64,000 bases of DNA, taken from assembly GCA_964532495.1 (NCBI GenBank), contig CAZHJZ010000001.1:108890-172889 (forward strand), given 5' to 3'. The stretch comes from an uncultured Candidatus Saccharibacteria bacterium (GTDB taxonomy: Bacteria > Patescibacteriota > Minisyncoccia > Phycocordibacterales > UBA9973). Made by a program: the position numbers and the translations under genes. Below the pieces are notes generated by a model. It worked only from the letters and a program-made list of their open reading frames with translations. It had not been told where the DNA came from and ran no database searches. This document shows, one piece after another, positions 18,240-28,346 of this stretch. Every line of letters begins with the position of its first letter. The first letter of the stretch is position 1.

Positions 18240-18950
18240 ATGAATACTGAAAAATTAAGCATTCCAGCTGCCATTATCGTGGCCGGACTTATCATCGCCG
18301 TAGCAGTTTTTGCACGAGGCGGAGGACAGGCATCAATGTCATCCAAAAACGAAAAATCAATTGCCGCTAAGGCAGGATTGAATGAGAAAAAGCTCCAGGT
18401 ATGTGCTGCCACAGATAGTTACAAAGAGAAGATACAGGCCGGCAGTGAAAGTGGAGGCCGAGCTATGTCACTTCTCGCCGAAGACATGCGCGGAACGCCG
18501 TATAACGTCGTATATGATGTTAAAACAGGGGTAAAGATCCAGCTTCCTGGTGCATATCCTCATGATGCCTTCAAACAGGCTATCGACCAGCTGATCGCAG
18601 GCACAGCAAAGGGAGAAGCCATCAACCTTGATCCAATTACTGCTACCGACCATTTTTATGGCAACAAAAACGCTGAAGTCGTTATCGTAGAATACGGAGA
18701 CCTCGAATGTCCATACTGCGCAACCGTCCACCCAACGATCCAGAAGATCATTACCGAATACGACGGCAAAGTAGCATGGGTCTTCCGTCACTTCCCTCTC
18801 TCTATTCACGCAAACGCACACATCAAAGCCCAAGCCGCTGAATGCGCATGGGAGCAAGGCGGAGATGAAGCATTCTTCAAATATCTCGACGCGACATATA
18901 GCGCCATCGAAGAACAGATCAATCCGAAGTTCGATACGAGCACGCTGTAA
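18240..18950 (+). CDS. DsbA-like thiol:disulfide oxidoreductase with signal anchor
   Basis: CPYC active site inside a thioredoxin-like domain (VVIVEYGDLECPYCATVHP...RHFPL). Confidence 0.75.
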   Translation: MNTEKLSIPAAIIVAGLIIAVAVFARGGGQASMSSKNEKSIAAKAGLNEKKLQVCAATDSYKEKIQAGSESGGRAMSLLAEDMRGTPYNVVYDVKTGVKIQLPGAYPHDAFKQAIDQLIAGTAKGEAINLDPITATDHFYGNKNAEVVIVEYGDLECPYCATVHPTIQKIITEYDGKVAWVFRHFPLSIHANAHIKAQAAECAWEQGGDEAFFKYLDATYSAIEEQINPKFDTSTL

Positions 18951-18964
18951 TTTTGCAAATTGAA

Positions 18965-19004
18965 ATAAAAGAACGCCACGGTTTATGCCGTGGCGTTTTA
19001 TTTC
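18965..19004. terminator. bidirectional intrinsic terminator
   Basis: aacgccacgg tttatg ccgtggcgtt, flanked by A- and T-runs. Confidence 0.7.
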
Positions 19005-19022
19005 AAATATGTCTCAATGCTA

Positions 19023-20111
19023 CTAGCTATTCATTCCAACCGGAACATCAATAGCCATACCCAAAGCAACTTCATACGTTTTAGAAATCATATCTGGTAT
19101 GATTTCACACATATCATTAGTTGATTTGCATTCCTGCTGCCTCTTAAGCTGGCGCTCAGTACAGCCATCTTTGGTTGGAACTGAATCCCTGCGTTCAATA
19201 AGAGGGTTTTTGTTTTCAAAATCATCCAACAATGAACGAACAGCGGAAACGAATGTTGCTATACTTAGTTCTTGTGCTTCAACATCTGGAATACTGCATT
19301 CGATGTACCCTTTCTTTTTTCCGTTGAGCCATTTTTCAATTTCGTTTCTTTCTTCGCCATACCATTCTTCGGCTTTTAGCTGCATACTTACCAATAAATC
19401 AGGTAAGTTTCTATCCTGTATGCCTTCTTCGGTATAACGACGCAGAATATATTCAATATCATATGCAAGCATTGAACCAACACCGGCTATATACATTGGA
19501 AGCATCTCGGCATTAGCCTGGCGAATTTTTGCCATAGGCTCGAGAAATTTCAAAGCTTCTTTTGCTACAGTGTCTTTAGCTTGATGGCTTGCATATATGA
19601 TACCGTGACCAGTATCCATGTTTATGTTAAGCGTAGCGCTTACTAAGCCAATATCGGCAATACGGTCATTACGAAACACTCTTTTCATGGCAGAAAGTGA
19701 AAAACCTGAGGAATAAGAAATTATGGGAATAATTTTATTTTTTTCTACATAATCATCCTGGTTCAAAAACGTACCAACCTTCTGAAATAATGCAGCAGCA
19801 GCTTCTGTTTTAGGCGGGATGCCTAGGAATACTAAGTCTGCTTTGGCAAGCAAACTGTAATCGCTAGAAATAATTACATTAAGCCTTCTCAAAATAATAT
19901 TCACAAAGTCTGCAAACATGTCAGCGCGAACTTCAGTCCGTACGCGCAATACAGTTATGATTACTTTCTTGTCTAAATACGTTTTTCTATACCGAAGGAT
20001 AGCTTGTATTAATCTCAATCCTACCTTGCCTGCTCCTCCAATAAGTATTACGGAGAATGTTTCTGTTTTAGGCAATGCGTCTTTTGTCTGCTGGTTGTGT
20101 TCGTCGTTCAT
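19023..20111 (-). CDS. ProC-like NAD(P)-binding Rossmann-fold reductase family protein with Cys-containing C-terminal extension; function uncertain
   Basis: VILIGGAGKVGLRL dinucleotide-binding motif. Loose colinearity with pyrroline-5-carboxylate reductase (ADLVFLGIPP, ISYSSG, MYIAGVGSMLAY). Confidence 0.4.
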   Translation of the reverse strand: MNDEHNQQTKDALPKTETFSVILIGGAGKVGLRLIQAILRYRKTYLDKKVIITVLRVRTEVRADMFADFVNIILRRLNVIISSDYSLLAKADLVFLGIPPKTEAAAALFQKVGTFLNQDDYVEKNKIIPIISYSSGFSLSAMKRVFRNDRIADIGLVSATLNINMDTGHGIIYASHQAKDTVAKEALKFLEPMAKIRQANAEMLPMYIAGVGSMLAYDIEYILRRYTEEGIQDRNLPDLLVSMQLKAEEWYGEERNEIEKWLNGKKKGYIECSIPDVEAQELSIATFVSAVRSLLDDFENKNPLIERRDSVPTKDGCTERQLKRQQECKSTNDMCEIIPDMISKTYEVALGMAIDVPVGMNS

Positions 20112-20161
20112 AATTAGTAATTTAATTTACGTGGTTTAAAAATGTTTTGTTATAAAAGAAA

Positions 20162-20189
20162 AGAGAGTCCTCAGTTTGAAGGACTCTCT
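20162..20189. terminator. strong 9-bp hairpin with flanking A/T runs inside a divergent intergenic region
   Basis: agagagtcc tcagtttgaa ggactctct. Confidence 0.4.
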
Positions 20190-20344
20190 TTTATATTCTC
20201 TCGATAGTTACCTATCAGACTGAGCGAACACAAAAGACAACCCTCCATTGGAGATGGGCTTGCAAGGGCAAAGCGGGATGTTTTTGTAATTCATTACCAT
20301 AGGTTGAATATAGCAGACCTGAAAACTAAGTCAAGTCATAACTA

Positions 20345-20842
20345 TTGACATACAAGCTAAACAAGTTTATATTCAGAATACATAGTTATGAGTATGATAT
20401 TTACCCTAAAAGCAAAGAAGTCGAAGAAACTCTCAACCGAGGGCGGCTTTATTTCTTGCTAGATCTCCTACTCAATATCTCGAGTCATCTGCAAAACGCC
20501 CTCACAAAAGGGTGTTTTATTTTGTGGTCTGACTTTTGCACAGAAGAAATTCTATCCAATAGCCAGATCGCCAAAACATACGCGAAAGCTGGGAAATTCA
20601 TTAACAATAAAATACAACAAATGATGGCCACAACACAGACTCATGCAAATCTACAAAAAGCTATTGCCCATATCACGCTGATTCATTTGCAACTTTTACG
20701 TTTCTCAAGGGAAGTCAAAGAGATCGAGGAATTTCGCAAGCAACTTACAAAACCAGAAATTGAATTGCTAGAAAAATATTTCAATTTTTCTAATTCTTTC
20801 AATCCACCGTCATTCCCTTCACTCAAAAAAAATAAAAACTAA
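20345..20842 (+). CDS. hypothetical protein (165 aa) in an AT-rich segment; TTG start, uncertain
   Basis: Open frame only. The first in-frame ATG lies about 92 codons in. No recognisable motifs. Confidence 0.25.
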   Translation: MTYKLNKFIFRIHSYEYDIYPKSKEVEETLNRGRLYFLLDLLLNISSHLQNALTKGCFILWSDFCTEEILSNSQIAKTYAKAGKFINNKIQQMMATTQTHANLQKAIAHITLIHLQLLRFSREVKEIEEFRKQLTKPEIELLEKYFNFSNSFNPPSFPSLKKNKN

Positions 20843-20920
20843 TGAGGGTTAGTTCCCCGCCGTTATGCGCTACACATACAAGCGAGATGTATGTAAAAAA
20901 ATACATTAAAATAAATTATT

Positions 20921-21175
20921 ATGCTTAATCTATTAGGAACTTATGGTACCCAAGATTTTTTTAGAGAACTAAGAAAATTACAGGAAAACAACTTACTTGA
21001 GAAGAATGTAACTATTACTGGAGATACATTGGAAATTACATTTGAAATTGAGCAAGGGGAACTTGGGCAAACGACCGCAAAGTACAGTCTCACAATCAAT
21101 ATTAAAGATTGCTCAGTATCACTGGTTAACCCTAATGCTAATCAGCAAACAGGTAATTCTGATAATTTACAGTAA
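20921..21175 (+). CDS. hypothetical small protein (84 aa)
   Basis: ATG-initiated ORF in the same AT-rich segment. Confidence 0.3.
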   Translation: MLNLLGTYGTQDFFRELRKLQENNLLEKNVTITGDTLEITFEIEQGELGQTTAKYSLTINIKDCSVSLVNPNANQQTGNSDNLQ

Positions 21176-21219
21176 AAGTACCAATTATCGCATCTTCCGA
21201 TAATTTGGCATCGCCAGAA

Positions 21220-21258
21220 GAAAAAACAAAAAGCCCAGCAATTATTTGTTGGGCTTTT
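21220..21258 (-). terminator. intrinsic terminator downstream of rpoD
   Basis: aagcccagcaa ttattt gttgggctt, with a T-run on the minus strand. Confidence 0.65.
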
Positions 21259-21266
21259 CTATCTAC

Positions 21267-22553
21267 TTAGTCGAAATAGTTTCTCAATCGTGAGATCTTA
21301 TCGTTATTGCGCAATTTTTCATGCACCTTGGCTTCGATTTGACGAATACGTTCTCGAGTGACGCCAAACTCCTGGCCTACTTCTTCGAGGGTGTGCTGAA
21401 CGCCATCGTGCAGTCCGTATCGCATTTCAAGGATCTTCTGTTCCTTTGGTGAAAGCTCATTCAATACTTCGCGGATCTGGTCTGAAAGAATGCGTCGTGA
21501 TGACTCCTGGTCTGGACGAAGAATCTTATCGTCGGCGATAAATTCACCGCGAGTAGATTTTTCATCATCATCGCCGATAGGCTGTTCAAGAGAAACAGTA
21601 TCTTGGTTGATGTTTTCAATGATGTGAACTTTTTCTACTTCGATTCCCATTTCAGTAGCAATTTCTTCTGGAAGCGGGTCGCGCCCGAGGTCCTGCGAAA
21701 GACGGCGATAGACTTGCTTGTATTTTGAAATTGTTTCAACCATGTGCACCGGAATACGGATAGTTCGTGACTGGTCGGCGAGGGCGCGAGTGATTGATTG
21801 TCGGATCCACCATGTAGCATAGGTTGAGAATTTGTATCCCTTAGTCCAGTCGAATTTTTCAACGGCCTTAAAGAGACCGAGGTTTCCTTCCTGGATCAAG
21901 TCGAGGAGTGTAAGGTCAGATGAGCGTCCAACATATTTCTTTGCGATTGAAACCACGAGACGGAGGTTAGCTCGAGCCAACAGATTTTTTGCTTCCAAAT
22001 CTCCTTTTTCGATTCGTTTTGCAAGTTCGCGCTCCTGAGCTGCATGGATCAATGGATACTGACCGATTTCCTTGAGGTACATCTGAATAGAATCATACTG
22101 ATGTGATTCCTTGCCGAGCTTAGGGTCTTTTACTGTTGCTTCAACATCAAGCAAATTTCCACCTTCAAGAACATCGACGCCGGCGACGTTGAATTTTTCA
22201 TAAAGTTCATCCAAGAAAAGAATATTGTTTTCAATATCTGGGAATGTCTTTAGGATTTCATCGTATGTGATGAAACCGCGCTTCTTGCCTTTGCCGATCA
22301 AATCATTCGCCTTGGCTTCAAGATCTTTTGCTTTTCGTTCAGCGGCATTCAGCTTTGGTTCTTTTCCCTTTATAATTTTTTCTTTTTTTGGAGCAGCAAC
22401 TTTTTTGACTGCAGTTTTAGGCTTCTTTGGGATGCTTGCCTTTCGCTTTGCAATAAGATTCTTAGCGCTTGGTTTCGCTTTTTTTACTGGAGCTTTTTTA
22501 ACAACCGGCTTCTTTTTCAATTTTGGTTTTTCTTTGCTTTTTGTTTTTTTCAT
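21267..22553 (-). CDS. rpoD: RNA polymerase sigma factor RpoD/SigA with Lys/Ala/Pro-rich N-terminal tail
   Basis: Regions 2-4: [50 protein letters not shown]. The first roughly 95 aa are histone-H1-like ([15 protein letters not shown]...). Confidence 0.92.
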   Translation of the reverse strand: MKKTKSKEKPKLKKKPVVKKAPVKKAKPSAKNLIAKRKASIPKKPKTAVKKVAAPKKEKIIKGKEPKLNAAERKAKDLEAKANDLIGKGKKRGFITYDEILKTFPDIENNILFLDELYEKFNVAGVDVLEGGNLLDVEATVKDPKLGKESHQYDSIQMYLKEIGQYPLIHAAQERELAKRIEKGDLEAKNLLARANLRLVVSIAKKYVGRSSDLTLLDLIQEGNLGLFKAVEKFDWTKGYKFSTYATWWIRQSITRALADQSRTIRIPVHMVETISKYKQVYRRLSQDLGRDPLPEEIATEMGIEVEKVHIIENINQDTVSLEQPIGDDDEKSTRGEFIADDKILRPDQESSRRILSDQIREVLNELSPKEQKILEMRYGLHDGVQHTLEEVGQEFGVTRERIRQIEAKVHEKLRNNDKISRLRNYFD

Positions 22554-22599
22554 AGTGTTTCCAAATTATATACTACTAATGGTTTAAAACTACGTACTT

Positions 22600-24315
22600 C
22601 TAGGTTTCGAGCGTATGTAAAATTGTTGTTTTTTCTCGAACCTCTTCAAGTAGCGCGCTCACATCTTGTCCTGTTTTTTCACCTTCACGTATCTGTCTGG
22701 ATAATTCGTCAAGGCTTCGTTTTAGCTCGCGAACCTGCAATTGTCGAGCCATGAGATCAAATTCACGTTCCAGATTTTGATCGGCACCGAATCCTGCTTC
22801 CGCCTCGAATATAAGCTCTTCTTTGCGTTCGAGGGCCGTATCTCGGACAAGCATCGCTCTATCTCCTCCCAGGGCTGATTTGAGCTTGTCCTCTAATACA
22901 GACGCTTGAACTATCGGTTCCGTTGCAGCTTCTTGCCAGAAGACAATACCATAGAGGCGTTCGGCAAGAGAGAATGTTCGATCCCCCGTTTCCGATTTTT
23001 CTTCCGTGATTGGGGCTGCCTTTGTTTCTTTTTCAATATCATTGAGATCGCTTTTAAGCGCGGCTACCGTTGTTCCGGTAATCTTTTCAACATCGCCCAA
23101 GAAATGTTCCCGTATCAACGCACTCGGTATTTTTACAACAAGCGGCAAAACCAGTTTCTGAATCTTCTTGATCTGCTCCCGCGCGTCTCGCTCCGTTTCC
23201 ATTATATGCTTTGCGAAAAATGAAACGGCCGGTTCTGTCGACTTGAGAATGCGGAGCCAGAGCTCTTTGTCTTCTCGGATAACATCGGCGGGATCTTTTC
23301 CGGTTGGCAATTTTGCCACTTTGACATCCATGCCGAGACCGAGCGCGAGGATAGAACCGCGGTATGCGGCGTTAATCCCAGCCTTGTCTCCGTCGAATCC
23401 AAATAAAATATTTTTTGAGAATCGGGAAATCATCTGCAAGTTTGTCACTCCTCGATCCCCGCTTGGCACATTGTCTGACAATGCAGTGCCTGAAGCGGCC
23501 ACTGTATTTATGAGACCTGCTTGGTGGGACAAGAGAAGATCAAACTGTCCTTCGACAACGATCGCATAGTCTCGCTTGCGAATCGCTTCCTTTGCGCGAT
23601 CAATACCATACAGAGCTGAAGATTTGTCGAAGAGCGGCGTGTCGGGACTGTTTAAGTACTTAGGCGTTGCATCATCAGTAACCATTGTTCGGCCAGAGAA
23701 CGCTATGATGCGTCCCGTTGAATCCATAATCGGAAACATGGCGCGATTTCTGAAACGATCGTAAAATCCTTTTTCTGTCTGCTTGATCAATCCTGCTTTT
23801 TCCAATATTGCTTCTGGAAATTTTTTTCCAGCAAGGTGGGTAGACAATGTTCTCCATCCGTCCGGAGCAAAACCGATTCGGAATGAGGTAATCGTTTCAT
23901 CTGTGAGCCCGCGATCATGAAGATACTTCAATACCTCTGGATGCTTTTTTAATTCGCCCTCATAGAAAGCAGTTGCTGATTCCATGACGGCAAATAATTT
24001 TTCTTTTTCATCAGTGTTCTCTGCTTTGAATCCAGTGAGTGGAACTCCTGCACGATCGGCAAGCACTTTCAGTGCGCCTTTGAAATCTAAACCTTCGTAG
24101 GCTTGAACAAACGAGAAGATATCCCCTTTTGCTCCGCAGCCGAAACAATAGTAGCTGCCGCGGCCTGGAGAAATATAGAACGATGCTGTTTTTTCATTAT
24201 GGAAGGGACAGCGGGCCTTATAGTTTATGCCTGATTTTTCGATTTTTATGTATGACGAAAGAACGTCTGAAACGGAAAGTCTTGCTTTAATTTGTTCCAC
24301 GTTTGTATTCGCCAT
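22600..24315 (-). CDS. dnaG: DNA primase
   Basis: Zinc ribbon CPFHNEKTASF...CFGCGAKGD. TOPRIM VVEGQFDLL. Conserved dnaG-rpoD order. Confidence 0.92.
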   Translation of the reverse strand: MANTNVEQIKARLSVSDVLSSYIKIEKSGINYKARCPFHNEKTASFYISPGRGSYYCFGCGAKGDIFSFVQAYEGLDFKGALKVLADRAGVPLTGFKAENTDEKEKLFAVMESATAFYEGELKKHPEVLKYLHDRGLTDETITSFRIGFAPDGWRTLSTHLAGKKFPEAILEKAGLIKQTEKGFYDRFRNRAMFPIMDSTGRIIAFSGRTMVTDDATPKYLNSPDTPLFDKSSALYGIDRAKEAIRKRDYAIVVEGQFDLLLSHQAGLINTVAASGTALSDNVPSGDRGVTNLQMISRFSKNILFGFDGDKAGINAAYRGSILALGLGMDVKVAKLPTGKDPADVIREDKELWLRILKSTEPAVSFFAKHIMETERDAREQIKKIQKLVLPLVVKIPSALIREHFLGDVEKITGTTVAALKSDLNDIEKETKAAPITEEKSETGDRTFSLAERLYGIVFWQEAATEPIVQASVLEDKLKSALGGDRAMLVRDTALERKEELIFEAEAGFGADQNLEREFDLMARQLQVRELKRSLDELSRQIREGEKTGQDVSALLEEVREKTTILHTLET

Positions 24316-24351
24316 GGTTTTTGGGATTACTGTTCTCGGAGAGCGCTACGC

Positions 24352-24446
24352 TGCATACTATGGAAAGGACACGCCATAAAACCTTGAGAAGTTTTTGGCT
24401 GATGCTCGCGCCGTCGCGCTCCGCAACGCCCTTTCCATAGTATGCA
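24352..24446 (-). ncRNA. structured element in the dnaG 5' leader: perfect 17-nt inverted repeat separated by 61 nt (candidate regulatory RNA structure)
   Basis: tgcatactatggaaagg at 24352-24368 pairs with cctttccatagtatgca at 24430-24446. The region is GC-richer than its flanks. It starts 37 nt upstream of the dnaG ATG. Confidence 0.35.
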
Positions 24447-24660
24447 ACTCCGCGCCCTGAGCTGCTTGGTGCCAAAAGTGACACATAACCCAGAGTTCTA
24501 CCCGTAAAAAATCAATGAAAAATTTGGTCTCGCCTGATCGCTGAAAATTGTATTTCTCACGCGGCTCGATCCAAATTGTCTACCAACAATTTGCCTACGG
24601 GACGCCGGAGGACGGTATAAAATTTGTGAGTTTACGAACAAATTTTCATACCTCCGAAGG

Positions 24661-24699
24661 CAACAGGTAATAAATATTCAATGAACATTTATTACCTGT
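24661..24699 (-). terminator. 14-bp perfect hairpin immediately downstream of the rpoC stop
   Basis: aacaggtaataaat, 11-nt loop, atttattacctgtt. Confidence 0.55.
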
Positions 24700-24706
24700 T
24701 TATTAA

Positions 24707-27700
24707 TTATTCCTCCTTCTTTTCTACCTTTGGTCCGATTGGTCCGCGGAATCCTGTTCCCGCTGGGATCAAGCGTCCAATGATTACGTTTTCCTTCAAG
24801 CCACGGAGCTTGTCCACTCCACCGCGAACTGCGTTGGTGATAAGGACACGGTTCGTGTTCTGGAACGAAGCAGCTGAGAGCCAGCTTTTTGTTGTAAGGG
24901 ATGTTTCAGAGATACCGAGAACGAGAGATTCTGCTTTCGCTTCATCGCCTCCTTCTTTGATAATGCGCTCGTTTTCTTCAGTGAGTTCGATGTTTTCAAC
25001 AATCTCGCCTGGTGAGAATTCAGATGCGCCTGGGTGCTTGATACGCTTTCGTGAGAACATTTGGCGGATAATGATTTCGATGTGCTTTCGAGAAATAGAC
25101 GCGCTCTGGAGTTCGTACACTTTGTTGATTTCACGGATGATGTATTCTTCCGCGAGTTCAGGCGTACCATATTTGAAGATCTCAGCGATATCGGCTGAAC
25201 CGTCAGTCAAAATCTGACCAGCGAAAAGTCGGTCACCGGCTTTAACTTGAGGAGTTCGTCGGAATGGAACTGGATATTCAACTGTGTTTGATTTCTTGTC
25301 GCCTTTTGTGTCATTCAAGACAATGAGAGTCTTCTCCTTGCCTTCAACTTTCACTTCAATGACTTCACCTGCTGCATGAGCAATAACTGCTGGGTTCTTT
25401 GGAATTCGGCGTTCGAAGATTTCTTCGACACGAGGAAGACCAGCAGTAATGTCGAGCTGCGCGACTCCACCGGCGTGGAAGGTTCGGAGTGTGAGCTGTG
25501 TACCTGGTTCACCGATAGCCTGAGCTGCGATGATACCGACTGCTTCACCAAGATCAACGAGCTTGTTGCGTCCAAGGTCAAGACCGTAACACATCTGACA
25601 GATACCGTGTGCTGTCTTACAAGTCAAAGGAGTGCGGATGAAGACTTTTTCAACACCAGCTTTCTGGATCAACATTGCATCTTCGCGAGTAAGCATTGCT
25701 CCGCGCTTGTATGAATATGTTCCATTTTCGTCTTTCAAATCAGCAGCGAGAATGCGTCCGCGGAGGTTTTTCGAAATTGGAATTTCGATACCAAGCACGT
25801 TGTCGGCTTTCGCCCACTTTCCTTCTTTTGTTCCGCAATCTGTTTCAGTAATCACCACATCCTGAGCAACGTCAACGAGACGTCGAGTGAGATAACCGGC
25901 TTTCGCAGTGTTCAAAGCCGTGTCGGCCAAACCTTTACGTGAACCGTGGGTAATAATGAAGTATTCAATTGGAGAAAGACCTTCTTTGTATGATGGAATA
26001 ACTGGGAAGTCGATCGTTCGTCCTTGCGTGTTGATGATCAAACCTTTCATACCGGCCATCTGAGTAACCTGTCCGATAGATCCGCGGGCTCCGGAAGTAA
26101 CCATGTCGTACACTGATCCAGCTTTTGCCAACGCTTCAGGAATAAGTTTTTCAACTTCTTTCTTTGCGCGTTCCCAGACTTCGATAACTTTCTGGTACTT
26201 TTCTTCGTGAGACAAGAGACCGTCGTTATACTGGCTGATGATTGTTTCTTCTTCAACTCGTGAAGCTTTGATGATTGCAGGCTTTCCTTCTGGAACCTTA
26301 ACGTTGTCCATACCGAATGTAGTACCTGATTTTGTAGCGTACTTGTAACCGAACGCCTTCATCTTGTCGAGCACATCTGGAGTACCGTCAATGCCGTGCT
26401 TCAAGATCAAGTCATCTACGAGTGTAGACATTCGTTTCTTGGTGATTTCTTCGTTGATGTATGGGAAGTCGTCAGGAAGAACTGAGTTGAACAAGATTCG
26501 TCCAACAGTCGTCTCGAATGGCTTGCCGCCAAACTGAGCGTACTTTTCCTTTTCTGTACCGAGCACTTTGATCTTTGCGCGGAATGAAACTGCGCCGTAG
26601 TCGTAGGTCGTAATAGCTTGGTTTGGGTTTGAGAAGATCATTCCCTCGCCTTTTTCTCCTTCGATCAATTTGGTCATCCAGAAACATCCAAGAATAATAT
26701 CTTGTGATGGGTTTACGATTGGTTCGCCAGACTGAGGTTTCAAGAGGTTCTTGTTTGAAGCCATGAGATCACGAGCCTCAGCCTGTGCTTCTTCTCCGAG
26801 CGGCAAGTATACCGCCATTTGGTCTCCGTCGAAGTCAGCGTTGAAGGCCGCACACACGAGTGGGTGAACCTGGATAGCATTACCTTCGATAAGGATAGGA
26901 TTGAAAGCCTGAATACCGAGACGGTGGAGCGTAGGAGCACGGTTCAAGAGAACGTACTTGCCTTTAATCACCTCTTCGAGAATTGCCCATACTTCTGGAA
27001 CACCTTCTTCAATGAGCTTGTTTGCGCCGCGGATGTTAAATGCAAGTTCTCCTGCGAGAATCTTTGAGATAACGAATGGGCGGAAAAGTTCAAGCGCCAT
27101 GTGTTTTGGAAGTCCGCACTGATTGAGTTTGAGCGTAGGACCGACGACGATAACTGAACGTCCTGAGTAGTCCACACGCTTACCGAGCAAGTTCTGTCGG
27201 AACAAACCTTGCTTTGATTTCAAGTTGTCTGAAAGTGACTTCAATGCTCGTCGCTGTGACTGAGACATTGCCTGAGCGTCGTTCTGGCTTGCGATTGAGT
27301 TGTCGATGAGTGCGTCGATAGCTTCCTGGAGGATACGCTTTTCGTTACGCAAGATAACATCTGGAGCGCCGATTTCTTTGAGTTTTCGGAGACGATTGTT
27401 TCGGTTGATCACGCGTCGGTACAAATCGTTCACGTCAGATGTCGCATGTCGTCCGCCATCAAGAGCAACCATCGGTCGCAAAGCTGGTGGGATAACTGGA
27501 ATAACAGTGAGGAACATCCATTCAGGACGGATGTGAGCGTGGATCATTGAGCGGATCAATGCAACGCGCTTCTCCAATTTTTCACGTTCGATAGAACTAG
27601 CCTTTTCAAGCTGTACTTCTGTGATCTTCTTCAATTTCTCGAGGTCGATGTTTTTGAAAAGCGTGTAGATTGCTTCAGCTCCGATTGATGCTTCGAAACA

Positions 27701-28330
27701 AGTACCGTACTTCAAGCTGAAGTGGTGGTACGCAATTTCGTTCAAGACTTTTCCTTCGTAGATATCGCCGATTTCTTTCTTCGTGCTTGAGAGGAGGTTT
27801 TTCAATTTCTCCTTTGTCTCTTCGTCAGCGACTGACTTCATTTTTGACTTGTATTCGCTTTCGAGGTTTTTTACAACTTCTTCCTTTTCCTGTTCGTGAA
27901 CTTTCGTGATGATGTATCCAGCGAAGTAAACGACTTTTTCAAGTTCGCCGACAGGGATATTCATGAGGACTGACATTCGTGATGGAACGCCCTTCAAGAA
28001 CCAGATGTGTGCGACTGGTGAAGCGAGCTCGATGTGACCCATACGGTCGCGTCGAACGATTGATTTTGTGACTTCGACTCCGCATTTTTCACAGACAATA
28101 TCCTTATATCGGATTCGGCGATATTTTCCGCAGTAACATTCGTAGTCTTTTTCAGGACCGAAGATTCGTTCGTCGAACAAACCGCCGCGTTCTGAACGTC
28201 CAGTACGGTAGTTGATAGTTTCAGGCTTCGTGACTTCGCCGTATGACCATTCGCGGATGCGATCTGGCGATGCGAGCTTAAGGACGATATCCTCGAAATT
28301 AGTTGTGTCGATTGTTTTTGAATTGCTCAT
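24707..28330 (-). CDS. rpoC: DNA-directed RNA polymerase subunit beta'
   Basis: [14 protein letters not shown] catalytic motif. Zn-finger Cys at the N-terminus. Full-length colinearity. Confidence 0.97.
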   Translation of the reverse strand: MSNSKTIDTTNFEDIVLKLASPDRIREWSYGEVTKPETINYRTGRSERGGLFDERIFGPEKDYECYCGKYRRIRYKDIVCEKCGVEVTKSIVRRDRMGHIELASPVAHIWFLKGVPSRMSVLMNIPVGELEKVVYFAGYIITKVHEQEKEEVVKNLESEYKSKMKSVADEETKEKLKNLLSSTKKEIGDIYEGKVLNEIAYHHFSLKYGTCFEASIGAEAIYTLFKNIDLEKLKKITEVQLEKASSIEREKLEKRVALIRSMIHAHIRPEWMFLTVIPVIPPALRPMVALDGGRHATSDVNDLYRRVINRNNRLRKLKEIGAPDVILRNEKRILQEAIDALIDNSIASQNDAQAMSQSQRRALKSLSDNLKSKQGLFRQNLLGKRVDYSGRSVIVVGPTLKLNQCGLPKHMALELFRPFVISKILAGELAFNIRGANKLIEEGVPEVWAILEEVIKGKYVLLNRAPTLHRLGIQAFNPILIEGNAIQVHPLVCAAFNADFDGDQMAVYLPLGEEAQAEARDLMASNKNLLKPQSGEPIVNPSQDIILGCFWMTKLIEGEKGEGMIFSNPNQAITTYDYGAVSFRAKIKVLGTEKEKYAQFGGKPFETTVGRILFNSVLPDDFPYINEEITKKRMSTLVDDLILKHGIDGTPDVLDKMKAFGYKYATKSGTTFGMDNVKVPEGKPAIIKASRVEEETIISQYNDGLLSHEEKYQKVIEVWERAKKEVEKLIPEALAKAGSVYDMVTSGARGSIGQVTQMAGMKGLIINTQGRTIDFPVIPSYKEGLSPIEYFIITHGSRKGLADTALNTAKAGYLTRRLVDVAQDVVITETDCGTKEGKWAKADNVLGIEIPISKNLRGRILAADLKDENGTYSYKRGAMLTREDAMLIQKAGVEKVFIRTPLTCKTAHGICQMCYGLDLGRNKLVDLGEAVGIIAAQAIGEPGTQLTLRTFHAGGVAQLDITAGLPRVEEIFERRIPKNPAVIAHAAGEVIEVKVEGKEKTLIVLNDTKGDKKSNTVEYPVPFRRTPQVKAGDRLFAGQILTDGSADIAEIFKYGTPELAEEYIIREINKVYELQSASISRKHIEIIIRQMFSRKRIKHPGASEFSPGEIVENIELTEENERIIKEGGDEAKAESLVLGISETSLTTKSWLSAASFQNTNRVLITNAVRGGVDKLRGLKENVIIGRLIPAGTGFRGPIGPKVEKKEE

Positions 28331-28346
28331 ATATATGTAGAGAGAA

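Noticed and set aside
20112-21266. Looked for integrase, transposase or att-like direct repeats flanking the AT-rich segment
   Set aside because: No recombinase-like ORF. No flanking direct repeats visible by eye. Left as a compositional anomaly only.
22225-22587. Plus-strand 120-aa Phe/Ala-rich ORF
   Set aside because: Antisense to the Lys-rich N-terminal tail of rpoD. Compositional mirror image, not a gene.
24330-24480. Tested the GC-rich dnaG leader against remembered SRP RNA, RNase P P4 and tmRNA signatures
   Set aside because: No match to GGAAGCAGCC-type SRP helix 8 or the RNase P AGGAAAGUCCGGGCUCC. There is no tRNA-like 3' end. Kept only as an unclassified structured element.
24287-24484. 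Minus-strand 65-aa ORF upstream of dnaG
   Set aside because: Overlaps the dnaG start and the GC-rich structured leader. More likely non-coding.
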